Assembly: GCA_964522045.1 (NCBI GenBank)
Contig: CAZFSF010000001.1
Span: 1-44,867, forward strand
Reading direction: 5' to 3'
Source of the DNA: an uncultured Desulfobacteraceae bacterium
GTDB lineage: Bacteria > Desulfobacterota > DSM-4660 > Desulfatiglandales > Desulfatiglandaceae
Length of the DNA stretch: 44,867 bases
A program made the position numbers and the translations under genes. Below are positions 43,421 through 44,867 of this stretch, in pieces; the stretch's first letter is position 1, and every line of letters starts with the position of its first letter. Under the pieces are notes generated by a model. That model was given only the letters and a program-made list of their open reading frames with translations. It did no database searches and was not told where the DNA came from.

Positions 43421-43550
43421 CAACGCTATTCACCAAATGAACTATGTGTGACGCCGCTTGCGACGCAAGGGTTGCGCCACCAGTCCGCTGGTGATGCCAC
43501 GAGGTTGGCGGAATAAGCAGGAATCAAGAAAAAATTGTGAGGAAAGCCCT

Positions 43551-44453
43551 ATGAGCTTAGAAAAAGAGTCTTATGAAAGAATTATTGAGAACCTCCATGA
43601 CGGGTTATATCTTGTAAACCGAGATAGGGTCATAACATACTGGAATAAGGGTGCTGAACGGATTTCCGGATTCACCACTGATGAGGTTGTTGGTCAATCC
43701 TGTTCTGATAATATACTCACCCACGTCGATGGTGAAGGCAATAGTCTTTGCACCGGGATGTGCCCTCTTGCCGCAACCATTGCAGATGAAAAGCCTCGCG
43801 AAGCTGAAGTATACATGCACCACAAGGATGGTCACAGAATACCGGTTTCTATTCGTGTCAGTACATTAACCGACAGAGATGGTAATACAATCGGTGGGAT
43901 AGAATTATTTACAGATATCAGCAATCAGGCAGCCAATGAATTGAGGGTAAAAGAACTTGAAAAGTTGGCTCTTCTTGACAACCTTACTCAATTAGCAAAC
44001 AGAAACTATATTGAGGGAGAAATCAAAAGCAGATTCGAAGAGAAAAAACGTTTCAACGTACCATTTGGTATTTTCTTCATAGATATTGACCATTTCAAGA
44101 AATTTAATGACACTTATGGTCATGATGTGGGGGATGATGTTCTTAAATTTATTGCGAATACTTTTGTTGCCAACGCCAGACCATTTGACCTCTATGGACG
44201 CTGGGGGGGAGAAGAGTTTATTGGCATTATACGTAACATAAAAGGCCAAGACCTTGAGGAACTGGGGAACAGGCTTCGTTTACTGATAGAAAATTCATAC
44301 ATAATTCATGAGAACGAAAAGCTATGTGTCACAATTTCAATTGGAGCCACACTCGTTAACGAAAAAGACACTATTGACAGCCTCATAAAAAGAGCCGATA
44401 CTCTTTTGTATAAAAGCAAAGCAGCAGGAAGAAATTGTTTGACAATAGGTTGA
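43551..44453 (+). CDS. PAS domain-containing diguanylate cyclase (GGDEF)
   Basis: Preferred start is ATG 43551 (GAGGA upstream). PAS-like region LHDGLYLVNRDRVITYWNKGAERISGF. Active site GGEEF with an RPFD (RxxD) I-site 5 residues upstream. Confidence 0.85.
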   Translation: MSLEKESYERIIENLHDGLYLVNRDRVITYWNKGAERISGFTTDEVVGQSCSDNILTHVDGEGNSLCTGMCPLAATIADEKPREAEVYMHHKDGHRIPVSIRVSTLTDRDGNTIGGIELFTDISNQAANELRVKELEKLALLDNLTQLANRNYIEGEIKSRFEEKKRFNVPFGIFFIDIDHFKKFNDTYGHDVGDDVLKFIANTFVANARPFDLYGRWGGEEFIGIIRNIKGQDLEELGNRLRLLIENSYIIHENEKLCVTISIGATLVNEKDTIDSLIKRADTLLYKSKAAGRNCLTIG

Positions 44454-44619
44454 ATAATATCGCCGAACCAATCAATGCCCTTGACCCCAAGGAGCGCTGT
44501 TTTTCAAGCTTCCCAAGTTGGCTTTTTAAGGTGTATTTCCCAATACCCGGTCCCCTTGGGGCAAGTGGTTTCAATCGTTATATGGTTTTGAATTTAATGA
44601 AAAAAAAAGGAGGTAAATC

Positions 44620-44867
44620 ATGGCCAATTTTTTGTTTGTGTTAAGTCAGGATGACAATGAAAAGGCGACCAGGTGTTTTCAATTCGCCAAAATTGCTCAT
44701 TCAAAAGGACACGGTGTCAATGTTTTCATGATAGACGGCGGTGTATTGTGGGCAAATAATGAAAGAGATTTTACACAGAAAACGGGAACAGGTGATTGCC
44801 CAAATGATTATTTGCCCTATTTGGTAGAAAATGAAGTTCCGATTGGCGTCTGAATCCCCTGTGCCAA
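44620..44867 (+). CDS. DsrE/DsrF-like (COG2044-type) protein; in-frame TGA at 44851-44853, frame stays open to the window end (possible selenoprotein, 3' partial)
   Basis: Strong RBS AAGGAGG 6 nt before the ATG. MANFLFVLSQDDNEKATRCFQFAKIAHSKGHGVNVFMIDGGV is typical of the DsrE fold. After ...VPIGV-TGA the same frame reads IPCA... to the end of the window. Confidence 0.6.

Noticed and set aside
1-44867. Search for CRISPR arrays, tRNA/tmRNA, rRNA, reverse transcriptase/retron, and transposase/IS elements
   Set aside because: I saw no regularly spaced direct repeats. There is no GGTTCGAATCC-type T-arm or cloverleaf, including at the island borders. No rRNA-like stretch and no RT (YxDD) or DDE-transposase ORF appears in the track.

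Overview
This 44.9-kb window looks like a chromosome segment from an anaerobic, Desulfobacterota/Syntrophia-like bacterium. That taxon guess rests only on gene content. All family names below come from motifs read in the supplied translations, with no database search.

Three blocks:

(1) nt 1-21,400, almost all on the minus strand. It holds a Liv-type ABC importer with an embedded acyl-CoA synthetase. Next come an FNR-type [2Fe-2S] reductase, a CrtI-family flavoprotein, a FadD-type ligase and an acyl-CoA dehydrogenase. These are followed by a biotin-dependent acyl-CoA carboxylase (BC, BCCP, two tandem carboxyltransferase paralogs), a BKACE/DUF849 enzyme, a TetR regulator and a crotonase. A large acyl-CoA dehydrogenase is transcribed divergently.

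(2) nt 23,600-31,000: a GH57 glycoside hydrolase, an FrhB-like/IorA/IorB operon and a parvulin PPIase.

(3) nt 31,500-41,600, an accessory/defence region. It starts with VapBC and a SWIM-SNF2 helicase. After that comes what I read as a decayed integron: a 73-aa integrase N-terminal remnant, an attI-like junction and two attC-like sites. Its cassettes carry four items:
- a stop-interrupted SPPY DNA methyltransferase;
- a PUA(DCD/EVE)-like plus PD-(D/E)xK nuclease;
- a small ORF followed by a mini-nuclease;
- a DUF1156 Zn-ribbon methyltransferase with a PD-(D/E)xK partner.

The right end carries an alpha/beta hydrolase, an AlkA-like glycosylase, a PAS-GGDEF protein and a DsrE-like ORF. The in-frame TGA of that last ORF may encode selenocysteine.

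I found no rRNA, tRNA or CRISPR array.
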